Under the pieces are notes generated by a model. It saw only the letters and a list, made by a program, of their open reading frames with translations, was not told where the DNA came from and did not search any database. A stretch of DNA of 64,000 nucleotides from a virus (taxonomy: Duplodnaviria > Caudoviricetes): IMG/VR virus record IMGVR_UViG_3300033068_001847, positions 120,210 to 184,209 of that record; one strand, 5' to 3'. The translations under genes were made by a program, and so were the position numbers. This document shows, piece after piece, positions 51,141 to 62,342 of the stretch (positions within the stretch are counted from its first letter, which is position 1; every line of letters starts with the position of its first letter).

Positions 51141-54100
51141 ATGTATTGTAAGAAAAAAAGTTTCAATACTATTGCTGATGCAAATAGAAGGATTAAAGAA
51201 ATTTTAAGTGAATATAATGAAGAACGTAGTAAAGTACCTATAAGAAGTTATGAGTGCCCATACTGTAAAAAAATTCATATCACGTCAATGACGCAAAGTG
51301 AACAACAGAAGGTATTAAATAGATATGAAAATTATCATACAAAGTTTATAATAAAAGAAGGTAGATATTGGAATAAAAAATTAGATACTGAAATAACATT
51401 TGAAAAATTTAAAAAGAGAAAAAATGAGTTATAATATTGATACTTGGAAAACTAAAAAATTAGAAAATCTAGTAATCCCCATTGATGCTTTCTTTGAAAG
51501 TGAAAGTACAGACTGGCATCCAAAAATTACGATAAGTGATATGGTAACAAATGAGGTGGAATTAGATTGTGGATGTGGTCAAACAATTAAAGGTATATTA
51601 AAAGATAAACTACTTTATGTTTCAAAATTAGAAATATATGGAGAAGGTTCTGGTAGCCTTATGAACTACGTTTTAAATCATGCATTGGAAGAAAGTACTG
51701 GTGAATTAGATGCAATATTAATATGGGAAGGTGGAGATAGCATCACTAGGTTAAAAGTTATTAACGGAGAATTAACTGAAGAAGATGTTGAATTATAATG
51801 AATCTAAATAAAATAAAAAATCGGTTTATTATACTAGGATTACCACTAATTGGTGTAGTGTTAAGTGCTTTATTTATTTTTTTAAGAGAAAAATCAGAAA
51901 TTACATCATATGTCACAAATTTATATATTATTTGTTCTGTAATGTTAATTTCAGGTGCAATCTATATAACCTATCATGATTTTAAAAATAAAATATGAAA
52001 TTATCATTCGAAGTGTTATGTCCAGTAGGAAAATTGTATGACTTTACTGTTAAAAATATTAAAGTAAATCCTGATTTGAAACATAATGATAAAGGAGAAT
52101 GGACTTTTAACATTAAAGAACGCATATGGTATGGTAAATATAATGTGGATATTGAAATTTATTTCATAGATCCAATTGATAAAGATTTAACTGGATATTT
52201 AGAATTTATTTTAGAAAATAATTTATATATTTGATAAAACAATGGCAGACAGAACATCAGCAGGATTATTCGGTAGATTTTTCGATATCCTTGCAAGAAA
52301 CCCAACAGACGAAAATAAGAAAATAGCTCGTGAACTATTAAATGAAAGTCGTGAATATGACTTTAATTATTATCAAATGTATAGTGACGAATCACTAGTC
52401 ATTCTAGGTTTAGCAACTCAAGATACTGATGGAACAGTAATTTATCATGATGAAGAATAAATACAGAATTATAAAAAAAGTGGATGGTAAGCAGATAAAG
52501 TATTACCCACAATATAAATTTATGCTTTTTTGGTTTATTCCAATTTGGTTTTATATTAAAGATGGTAACAAAAGAAATCCACAAGAGCTTGAACATCATT
52601 TCCCAACTCAGATAGAAGCTGAGAAATTTATTATCCAAAAAAAGACCCCATATATACGAACAGAAGAAATAGTAAAATATTTGTAGGTTTATAGTAATAT
52701 ATTAAAAATATTTATTTACCTTTAGACCATTATATGAAAACAAAAAATTCAAGAGCGGAGATTGTAAATGAAATAATCAAAGAGATCTCCAGCAGAGGAC
52801 GTAAATTCTTTAATCATGAAGGTGAAGTTGCTCAATTGTTTGTTCGAAATAATAGAGTTTGGTATAAATGTGAATATGTTGGTAAGAGATTACTGAAAAC
52901 TGAATTATGTTTATCCAAAACCGATAGACCAAAAGGATGGTATCACGGTGGAACATTATTAGCCCTTGTAAAGGACTTTCGTGATTTTATAGAGTCTGGT
53001 AACAAAACAAATAATGAATACGGCTACGGGGGTTTATTTTGCCCTCATTGGGGATATTCAGAAGATGATATGAAAGCTATTCAACAAAAAGCAACAGAAC
53101 TAGGTTATTTATAATGGAATTCGAAATACATTTAACTGTTAAAACTCCTAGAGATATCGAAGAGTTTAAATCTACTTGTATGGATTTAGGTGTTAAACCT
53201 ATAATTATTGAAACTGAACGAAAGGGTGAATTCGGTCAACAGGTGATGACATCTTCTAAATATTCTGCTCCACACTACCAAGATGCTTTAAATCATATTT
53301 ACTTTGGATTACTCCAAAAAAAATATCTTATATTAAGACAAAAAGTTGAAATATTTCCGCAAACAGATAAACATGTAGCGTTTAAATACTACGAAAGTCA
53401 CCTCAGACTTAAATTACCCAAAGGATTTGATCGCACTAATCTACTTAAGATATGTGATCTTAATCATTTTCATCTTTCAAAAAATTTATTAAAAAGTGAT
53501 GAACTATTTGATTATCAAATGATTACATATCGTAACTCTAAAATAAGTTACGTGAATTTCTGTAAAATGATAAATGAAATGACCAGTTGCTTAGAAAATA
53601 ATCGAATTGAATATGATAAAGTGGAAATAGAGGAATGTATTTTCGATAATAATATTACAATTGATAAAAGTTGGTTAAATGGGTAATATCATTAGAATAA
53701 GTAATAAAGATTTTGCGGATCTACTCATTATGAGTAGTAATATTCACGGTGAATCTTGGGGTATGCTTATTAAAGAGTTAAGTGAAAAATCAGAAGAAGA
53801 TAAAAAATATATTATGGGTGTTATTAAAGATAAACCATTACCTATTCACTTAATAAAGGAATTAAACGATAAAATATAAAATCATGGAAAGAGTAAGTTT
53901 AACGTATCAGTGGAGTAAACCCGATATTGCACCAGAACCAAGCAAACCAGTTTTGATAAAAATCAATGGATATGAACATATTAAAATAGGTTATTTCTTC
54001 AAAGGTAATTGGTATTTCGAAGGTGGTACTGTAGATGTGCTCGGATGGACTGAAATACCTGAATGGGATGTTTAAAGATAACAGATAACTTTAATGATTT

Positions 54101-57100
54101 TAAGGATTATATAAATCAACATGAGTGGAATAAATATAAATTACAAGCTGTATAATATACCTATTTGTCCAACTCATAATCGCTTGGATTTACCATACAA
54201 TGCTTGGCATGAAGAAGCTGATAGACGTTCAAAAAAAGGTATGAAACAAAAACAATGTCCAGTATGTAAACTGTGGCTTTGGAAAGATGAAATATAATGG
54301 AAAAAGAAATAACATGGATATCAATCTCAGAAGCAACACCTGAAGTTGAAGGTTACTATCAAGTAAAATATAGTGACGGTGAAATTGATGAAAAATGGTA
54401 TAGAATTGTACCAGCAAGAAATCTGATTGGATTTATGACTTTTAAATCTATAACCCACTGGAGTAAAGATGTAGCAGATAATAGTGTAGAAATTGATTAA
54501 CGTGGAAAAAATGAATTGGGAAATAAGAGTACAACATAATTATTATGGAACTAATGTATTATCTTTCAAAAAAGAATTCGAAGTACCATTTCCTCCATTT
54601 ATTGGAATGACTTTTACTGATGATAAAGATGATTTTGAAAATAATATTGATTTTGAAAGTAATAATTACCAACAACTTTATATTGAATATTTATCAAAAT
54701 CGAACTCATTTTATATTAGTGTAAAACATATCTGGAGATCACCAGTAAGTGATGATACTATAGATTCAGCACTAGAAATATTCCAAGGTTGTGGATGGAC
54801 AAGAGAAGATTCAACTGATTTAACAAAATTTAAATTACGAATGAAGGAGGATTATGAAAAGAATAATAAGTGAACCAGAAGTAACTTATACAATTAGGGT
54901 TGAGGAATTAACAGGTAGAGAAATAATTGCATATCGTTGTCCTAATTCTGATAGTGTACATATCCTTCAAAGACTTAATAGAAAAGAAGATAAATGGGGA
55001 TTTGTATCTTTAGCATATCCAAGCTCTGGTCCTACATTCATAAAGGATACTTTTCATGAATGCGTTAAAGTAGTTATGAAAAATCGTAAACCAATGATGT
55101 TTGATAATCAGGCAGATCTAGTGTATGCTATCCAAGGAAAAAAACTTAAATCATAATGGCAATAGCAAACCCAAGAATACACATTATCTGCGGGATCTGT
55201 GGAGATAATAAATCAATGAAATTTGAAATAGAGAAAGAATGGGATGATTTGTCAGAAAATGATAATACTTACAAAGATGTTGTATATATATCTTGTCGAA
55301 ACTGTGGATCATTAACTTCTCTGGATGAAATTATAGACCAAAAATCATGATTAAATCAATTGAAGATGCTAAAACAGAAAGTACTTGCCAGAAACGTATA
55401 ATAGTTTGCGAGATCTTTGATGTTGATGGTAAGCTACTGGCAAGGGAAAGTAATAGATGTGAACCTGAAGGTGAAACATGTCACCGCATCGGTGTAGTTC
55501 AAGCTAAGGAAGGATATGATGTAAATAGTTCATGTAACTGGACTCATGCTGAAATCATGGCAATAAATGCTTTACCTAATAATAGTAGACCGTATAAAGC
55601 AGTGATATCAGGTCATGATTTTTATTGTGATGCTTGTGAAGAAGCTTTAAAAAATATTGGTGTTGAAATATTAGAAATTAAAAAATGACAAAGAAAGAAA
55701 TTTTAGATTTACTGGAAGAATATTCTGATGATACAGAGATTCAGTTTGCTTACGAAAATAAATATGAGTGATATATGTTTACCTGAATATCTTTGTGATG
55801 TATTAGAGGAAGCGTATTATATTAAAGGACAACCACTAACCGAAGAACAAGTAGTAAATGTTTTATCTGGAGAAATTATTCCAATAGCATTTAAAAATTT
55901 TCACTTTAATACAAGATCTGAAGTTTCTATGAAAATTTTAAATTCATCTAAATTAACTTTTAAATAAAGAGTTTAAAAAATGATCGTTAAGCATAAATCT
56001 ACTAGTAGTATAAGAAATACAGATAAAACTTGGTGTATTGAGTGGTGTTTTAGACATCCAAACAATTTAGATCAAACACCTTATTTTAGTTATTATAAAT
56101 CATATAGGACTTTCGATGCAGTAGTGGATGCTTATATTGGTCTCCAAAACAGAAAAAATAGACTCAAAGGAGATTATAAACATTTTTTCAGAATAAATAA
56201 AGTAGATTTTACTAATTATATACCATTATGATATATCCGTTTAATTTTAACTATCACTTTGAAGCTAAGGAAATAGTAAGACGAAAAGCTGCTGGTGAAT
56301 TAACATTTACTGATGCTTTTCGTTTATTGGAATGGGTGGAGAATAGAGCTTATGAGCTAGATCCACAAGCTGAACCTGATGGAGATATAACATATGTGGT
56401 AGCTGTAGCTGCTTCTGAAATTAGAGAAGCAGATTTTGAGGGATATAAAAAACATTTTAAAATTAAAGATTAATATGAGTAAATTTATTTGTACAGCACC
56501 TGCAAAAGATGCTTTTAATGTATACGGTGAATTCATCGGTGTAGATGAAAAGAGAGCTATATTTTATTCCAAAACTATTGGAACGCATAGATGGTATAGA
56601 GCAGAGTTAGAAAAACCTCAAAAAGGTTTAACACTCCTAGTTTATAGTTCCGAAAAAAGAGCTACAGAAGTTTGTAATGAAATTAATAAAGCCCTTAATG
56701 ATAATTTTCAACCAGAACCATATGAAGAAAAAGTATAACGAATTTAGAGATGATGTTGCTAAGTCCTATGGATATACTTCATTTACGGAGTGTCGTATAA
56801 AAGTTGCAAATCATGCAGAACCAGCAACTAAAATGATTAATATTTGTGAAGAAGCAGCCGAACTATATGCTCAACCTAATGTTGATCTGGAAAATAAATT
56901 AGAGTACTATAGATCTGAAACAGCAAAGATCAGAGATTACGTATTTGGAAGTGATGATATTGGATATCCAACCCAATCAATATTCGAAGCGGTTACAGAT
57001 AAAATTGATTCATTGAAACATGAACTTGAAATATTAAAAACCAAATATGAAAGTCGTAAAGAATTCTTTGCATACGTGCTAGGATCAACAGTAGTTGCAT

Positions 57101-58587
57101 TAACATCAGAGGAAAAACAAGATTCAATCCTACTTCAGAAAAATATAAATGAGTTGAATGTTTTTATAGAACAATATTCTGGCACACCCGATGAACTAAT
57201 AGTTAATGTTTATAAGAATAAAGAACAAATACATACAAATACTGGTCCTGTAATGGAAGTAGTTGAAAATCTACTTAATTTAATTAATACTAATGGAAAA
57301 TTGGAGTTATTATAAATCCTACAGGAGTTATGGATGCGTGGTGTCAATTAACCAAGTCTTATGGTAAACCACATTATTATTATTATAAATATGAATATCG
57401 AATAAACAAAACAGAATTTAATGAAAACTCTTAAGACTGTAGAAGTAACACCAGTATTTTTTGAAGGATCTGCTCCAGCATGGAAAGATATGGAGCAAAA
57501 TGTGATCTATATTTCTTATGAATATGAATTAGCATTACATTTATGTTTATGTGGTTGTAAGGAAAAAACTGTTATGCCATTTGATAAAAAATACGGATGG
57601 AAATTAATTGTAAATGGGGGATAAAATTTCCTTCACACCTTCAATATCAAATTATCAAGCACCGTGTAAATCACATTATATAATCACTAATAATAAAGCT
57701 AATTTTGTATAAAATGAAAACAGTTAAACTAATTAATGATGATTTTTCAAATACCGAAGCAATTTGGGCAAAAAATGCTTTGATTGTAGGTGAAGAATTT
57801 CCTATTAAAGGGGATATGTATATAGTAGAAGAAGAATTTCATGATAAAATTGAAAATATAATAGCTTATCAATTAGAAGGATTTGATTATTCTGCTTACG
57901 GAGATGAAGCAGGGTGGTTTTTAGCTAGTAGATTTGAAATAATAGAAGATGTATTTACACCAAATTATGTAGATGAAGATACTGGAAAGTTATTTGAGAA
58001 AAATTATTCTATTAGAAATAAATGGACATTATGATAACATTAGATATTTTTACAGAAAATATTAGAAAATATAATAGAACTAAATATTTAAAAACTGTAA
58101 TTGAAAAAGTTAATAATGGTGAGGGTTATATGTCCATTTATGGTTATCATGTTATTTTTAATAAATATCTAATAGGATATAGTAAAAATAATATGGATGG
58201 GATTATACACCACCAATTAAAATAAAAAATGAAAGTAGAAATTAAAGATCTTATGGAAGAACTAAATAGCATACTTGAAGATATGTGGGATCGTAGTTTG
58301 GATAGAAAAAGAGTTAATGAATTTGTTGATGCAATAGGTGAAATTAGCGATAAAGTAGTAGAAATAATTAATGAAAATAAAGAAATATGAAAATCACAAT
58401 TAACTGGACACCCGAAAAAAAAGATGCGGTCTGCGCTGAAATAGAAAAATGGATTATTAAATACGGTGCATATAGTGGCGAAAAACTGATGCAGGATGAT
58501 GACTGCCAAATAGAAGCTCCCGTATTATTAGCGGATCTTGTCGATGATATAATCGAACCCGATTATAATTATGATGACGAGAACTAA
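51141..58587 (+). CDS. Dense run of small hypothetical early ORFs, including DUF551-like 53884-54075 and 54297-54500 and Zn-ribbon proteins at 51141 and 55156
   Basis: Co-oriented with overlapping start/stop codons; W..PE...W DUF551-like pattern; CxxC pairs. Confidence 0.5.
55347..55688 (+). CDS. Cytidine/dCMP deaminase-fold protein
   Basis: HAE...CxxC zinc motif (THAEIMA...YCDAC). Confidence 0.75.
   Translation: MIKSIEDAKTESTCQKRIIVCEIFDVDGKLLARESNRCEPEGETCHRIGVVQAKEGYDVNSSCNWTHAEIMAINALPNNSRPYKAVISGHDFYCDACEEALKNIGVEILEIKK
57421..57712 (+). pseudogene. DUF6527-like Cys/His protein split by a one-base frameshift in a G5 run
   Basis: HLCLCGC...W in frame 1; the continuation SFTPSI...PCKSHYII is one base out at 57616-57620. 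Confidence 0.7.
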
Positions 58588-58632
58588 ATAAGGCGAAGCC
58601 GATGAACTTTTGCGGAGCTAAGGACTACCATA

Positions 58633-59004
58633 ATGAAAAATAATTACCATAATGAAAGAAGGACACCAATAGATAGATTGTGTAAATTTTTTAAACCTTA
58701 TTTAAAACCTATTAATGAAAATACATTTACGTTTATGTGGTCAGATAATCAATTTTCATTACATGTTAAAATATATCACTTTAAAAAAAAATATTATAAA
58801 CTAACAACTACACTAGTAGATGAATCAAAATTTTTTAAAGATTTCATAGAAGTTCTCGAAATAATTTTAATACCTGATGAAATAGAAAAAATTAATGGCA
58901 GGGTCGTTTTCCATGATATAGATAAATATGGTGAATCTTTTATAATTCGAAAGTTTAAAATTAAATCATGGGTAGATAATCCAAAAAATGTCTGGAAAAT
59001 ATAA
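58633..59004 (+). CDS. Paralog array member 1
   Basis: RLCKFFKPY...FFKDFIEVLEIILIPDE. Confidence 0.7.
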   Translation: MKNNYHNERRTPIDRLCKFFKPYLKPINENTFTFMWSDNQFSLHVKIYHFKKKYYKLTTTLVDESKFFKDFIEVLEIILIPDEIEKINGRVVFHDIDKYGESFIIRKFKIKSWVDNPKNVWKI

Positions 59005-59333
59005 TGAATGTGAATATCTTGTCAAATATTAATAATAAACTCTATGAGTACTTCGTTAATTTTACTTCTGAACTAGATAAATCACAAGAACTTTTTACTG
59101 CATTGTACGTGTATTATGATGATGGTACTGGTAAATTTTTTATTCGACTACAAGTAAATGATTTTATAAAATATTATAGAGATTTCTTCGAAAAATATTA
59201 TCGTAAATTCACATTAGATGTAGCAGAAGTTCTTAGATTTATACTAACTGAAGAAGAATTGCAATATGTAAATCGTACACTGTTAATCTTTATGGGATGG
59301 AATGGTGATATTCAATGTAGAACAATATTATGA
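59004..59333 (+). CDS. Paralog array member 2
   Basis: INNKLYEYF...LDVAEVLRFILTEEE. Confidence 0.7.
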   Translation: MNVNILSNINNKLYEYFVNFTSELDKSQELFTALYVYYDDGTGKFFIRLQVNDFIKYYRDFFEKYYRKFTLDVAEVLRFILTEEELQYVNRTLLIFMGWNGDIQCRTIL

Positions 59334-59635
59334 ATAAGCAAGGATGGAATGAAATAAATTTTAAACTATGGCAGTTCTTTAATCCATTTACTAAAGAACC
59401 AGTAGATTCATATTCTGATTTTAGTGCATTAGAAGTAGGCATAAATAATTTCGAGGTATGTATAGTCGTTCATTTAGAACAACTACAACCTAAATTTATA
59501 TTATCAACAACTAGACTTGTTAACGACTTAAAAGAAGTATTAGAAATCCTTTTGGTCGATTATGAATGGGAATTGTTTGGAGGGCGATTATATTTTTATG
59601 ATAAATCAGGTAGCTTCGGAGTGTTTACAATATAA
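59330..59635 (+). CDS. Paralog array member 3
   Basis: INFKLWQFF...STTRLVNDLKEVLEILL. Confidence 0.7.
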   Translation: MNKQGWNEINFKLWQFFNPFTKEPVDSYSDFSALEVGINNFEVCIVVHLEQLQPKFILSTTRLVNDLKEVLEILLVDYEWELFGGRLYFYDKSGSFGVFTI

Positions 59636-59703
59636 ACAATGGATATACAAAAACTGGTAAAATCATTCAGTGATAAAGAAATACTAAATTACATTTATTA
59701 AAA

Positions 59704-60033
59704 ATGGAATCTAATCAGAAACGAGCAGAGATAACTATCATTAATAGAAAACTAGCAGAATTTTTTAAAACGCATGTTAAAAACGATCTAATATCAATAT
59801 ATTTAGCAGTGTGGGTAGGTACTGATGATCCAGATACAGCTATTTTTATGCAGGTAGATATCAATAAATTTATTATATGGGATGTTATTTTTTCATACGA
59901 TAAATTTATGGAAGATTTTACCGATGTTATTAGAACAATATTAACTATAAATGAAATAATGTTAGTAGGTAATAAAATTTATTTTACACATAAAGATTGG
60001 GATGAACCATATATTTTTACACCAATAATATGA
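59704..60033 (+). CDS. Paralog array member 4
   Basis: INRKLAEFF...FMEDFTDVIRTILTINE. Confidence 0.7.
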   Translation: MESNQKRAEITIINRKLAEFFKTHVKNDLISIYLAVWVGTDDPDTAIFMQVDINKFIIWDVIFSYDKFMEDFTDVIRTILTINEIMLVGNKIYFTHKDWDEPYIFTPII

Positions 60034-60764
60034 ATACAAAAGAACAAGTATTGCAGAATTGCACAGTAGATGGAAAAGTAGTAAAACTTCCTAACGTACA
60101 ACTTGACCGTAAACTTTACCAAGAAGTAGCCAAAGCATTAGAATTGATTGGTGGAAAATGGAAAGGTGGTAAAGTTTTTGGGTTCGTATTTACAATAGAT
60201 CCAACAGATTTATTAAACCAAATTAAGAACGGTGAAAAGAGAAATTTGAAAAAGGAATTTCAGTTTTTTTCAACTTCAGAAAAAATTGCTGATGAATTGA
60301 TTTATTTAGCTAATTTGAATGAACACGACACAATTTTAGAACCTAGTGCAGGACAAGGTGCAATTATTAAAGCTATAAACAAAGCTTGTAATGTTGTACC
60401 TGATTGCTTTGAATTAATGGACGTAAATAGATTTATTTTAAATAAAAGCGATTTGCGTTTTAATTTGATCGGTAATGACTTTTTCAAACACAACGGTAAA
60501 AAGTATAGCAAAATAATAGCAAATCCACCATTTACGAAAAATCAAGATATTGATCATTTAAAAGAAATGTATGAATGTCTTTCTAGTGGAGGTATATTGG
60601 TTTGTATAACTTCTGAAAGTTGGGTAAAAGGAAGTCAAAAAAAACAAATTGATTTTAAAAATTGGCTTGATGAAGTTGAAGCTGAAGTGATAGATATTGA
60701 AAAAGGTTCTTTCAAAGAAAGTGGTACAATGGTGGGGGGTAAAATTGTTGTCATAAGAAAATAA
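60030..60764 (+). CDS. SAM-dependent DNA (probably N6-adenine) methyltransferase
   Basis: QFFST, ILEPSAGQGAI (motif I) and IIANPPF (motif IV). Confidence 0.88.
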   Translation: MNTKEQVLQNCTVDGKVVKLPNVQLDRKLYQEVAKALELIGGKWKGGKVFGFVFTIDPTDLLNQIKNGEKRNLKKEFQFFSTSEKIADELIYLANLNEHDTILEPSAGQGAIIKAINKACNVVPDCFELMDVNRFILNKSDLRFNLIGNDFFKHNGKKYSKIIANPPFTKNQDIDHLKEMYECLSSGGILVCITSESWVKGSQKKQIDFKNWLDEVEAEVIDIEKGSFKESGTMVGGKIVVIRK

Positions 60765-60780
60765 TTGTATATTTAATATT

Positions 60781-61107
60781 ATGAATTTAATATCAGAAGA
60801 AACTGTTAGGAATATAGAAATTACTTTATTTAATTTCTTTAAACCTTTTTTAAAATCACCAATATTTCCATGTACAGCTATCGGATTACATCAAGCTAAA
60901 GTAAGTAATCCGAATGATCGAACTTATATAATAATAGGATTAGATTATTTTAAAGAAGATCTGGTTACTAATAATAGATTTGTGAAAGATACTATAGAAG
61001 TAATTAAATATCTTCTTACTGAAGAAGAAATATATTGGTCAGGTAATAAAATAATATTCTTAGGTGAAATAAATGAACCGTGTAAAATAGAAACTATAAT
61101 AAAATAA
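60781..61107 (+). CDS. Paralog array member 5
   Basis: TLFNFFKPF...VTNNRFVKDTIEVIKYLLTEEE. Confidence 0.7.
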   Translation: MNLISEETVRNIEITLFNFFKPFLKSPIFPCTAIGLHQAKVSNPNDRTYIIIGLDYFKEDLVTNNRFVKDTIEVIKYLLTEEEIYWSGNKIIFLGEINEPCKIETIIK

Positions 61108-61110
61108 TAA

Positions 61111-61470
61111 ATGACTTCTACTTCACTACCATTACCATTTGCGTTTTTAACAGATAGACAAAAAATAATACATATTCAAAACAAGCTGGATAAGTTCTTT
61201 AATAAATTTACTGTTAGCCAACCTGATATACCTATATTATCATTCGTCAATGTTACTGAAGAGCAAGGCTTTAAATTTATAGCTATACAGCAAAAATATC
61301 TTTGTCTAACATTTTTTAGAAAAGCACAAAATAGTCAAGAAATAATTTTTGAAAATGTAATAGAAGTTCTCGAATCGTTATTAACAGGAGAGGAATGTAG
61401 ATTGGTTACTAGAGCAATCTACTTTGATAGAGAAGGAAAAATAATATATAATACAAGCTTAGAATATTGA
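61111..61470 (+). CDS. Paralog array member 6
   Basis: IQNKLDKFF...IFENVIEVLESLLTGEE. Confidence 0.7.
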   Translation: MTSTSLPLPFAFLTDRQKIIHIQNKLDKFFNKFTVSQPDIPILSFVNVTEEQGFKFIAIQQKYLCLTFFRKAQNSQEIIFENVIEVLESLLTGEECRLVTRAIYFDREGKIIYNTSLEY

Positions 61471-61471
61471 A

Positions 61472-61810
61472 ATGTCAGCATTAAAACCAAATCCATTTTT
61501 ACATAAAAATATTCTAGCGATACTGGATAATAAAATTCAAAGTCATTTTAGAGAATATACTGTAAATACTGTATTTTCATCATTCGTTAAAATAGAAGTT
61601 TATGATGGTTACATGTGTATCGTTATTAGAGAAGCAAATATTAAAAGTGAATATATAAACAAAGCAGATGGTATATCTGAAGTAATCTTTGAACATGTAA
61701 TAGAAATTATTGAAAATCTACTGACCAATAATGAAAGGGATTTCATAAATAAAGTAGTATACCTGTTACCTAATGATATACTAGGATTTAGTCGGATAAT
61801 AGAATTCTAA
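61472..61810 (+). CDS. Paralog array member 7
   Basis: LDNKIQSHF...IFEHVIEIIENLLTNNE. Confidence 0.7.
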   Translation: MSALKPNPFLHKNILAILDNKIQSHFREYTVNTVFSSFVKIEVYDGYMCIVIREANIKSEYINKADGISEVIFEHVIEIIENLLTNNERDFINKVVYLLPNDILGFSRIIEF

Positions 61811-62229
61811 TGTCACAAAACTTAAGAAGTATGAATAGGGAACTCTACCTATTCTTTCATGAATATACTGTAGATGCCAGAACATGCGTTAGAATAAAAC
61901 CAATGGATGAAAATGGACGGTATACTATTTGTGTTAACTACAATTTGTTAGCTATGAAAATCCGTAAGGACTTCGAAGGAGTTTTATCAGATGTTGCTGA
62001 AGTATGTCATACACTGTTTACTCCTGAAGAATCTGCTATTATAGAAGATATTGAATTAGTGTATAATAACAAGTTTGTATGTGGACAGAAATTTAATTTG
62101 TCACCAGTAGATGATGATCTGAAAATAGATTGGTCTAAAGTAACTCATCCACTAGTAAAACAAATTAAAAGTAATTATCCGAAAACAATAGATAAACTAT
62201 TTGTTACAAAAGCCAGATATAGTAGATGA
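61810..62229 (+). CDS. Paralog array member 8, with C-terminal extension
   Basis: MNRELYLFFHEY...LSDVAEVCHTLFTPEE. Confidence 0.7.
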   Translation: MSQNLRSMNRELYLFFHEYTVDARTCVRIKPMDENGRYTICVNYNLLAMKIRKDFEGVLSDVAEVCHTLFTPEESAIIEDIELVYNNKFVCGQKFNLSPVDDDLKIDWSKVTHPLVKQIKSNYPKTIDKLFVTKARYSR

Positions 62230-62342
62230 TATGATGTTTAGTATTCAAGAAATGCTTGCACTAGATCTCAAAAATTTTGACCAAAAAACTTGACTTTTTA
62301 ATATACTGATTTATTTTAGTAAATGAACCAGAAACTTATTAA

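Noticed and set aside
58588-58632. Slightly GC-richer intergenic stretch before the paralog array as a tRNA or ncRNA
   Set aside because: About 45 nt, with no cloverleaf, T-loop or convincing stem.
58633-62229. Diversity-generating retroelement or integron-like cassette array behind the paralogs
   Set aside because: No reverse transcriptase, integrase, TR/VR pair or repeated intergenic sites are visible; the genes abut or overlap and are similar only at protein level.
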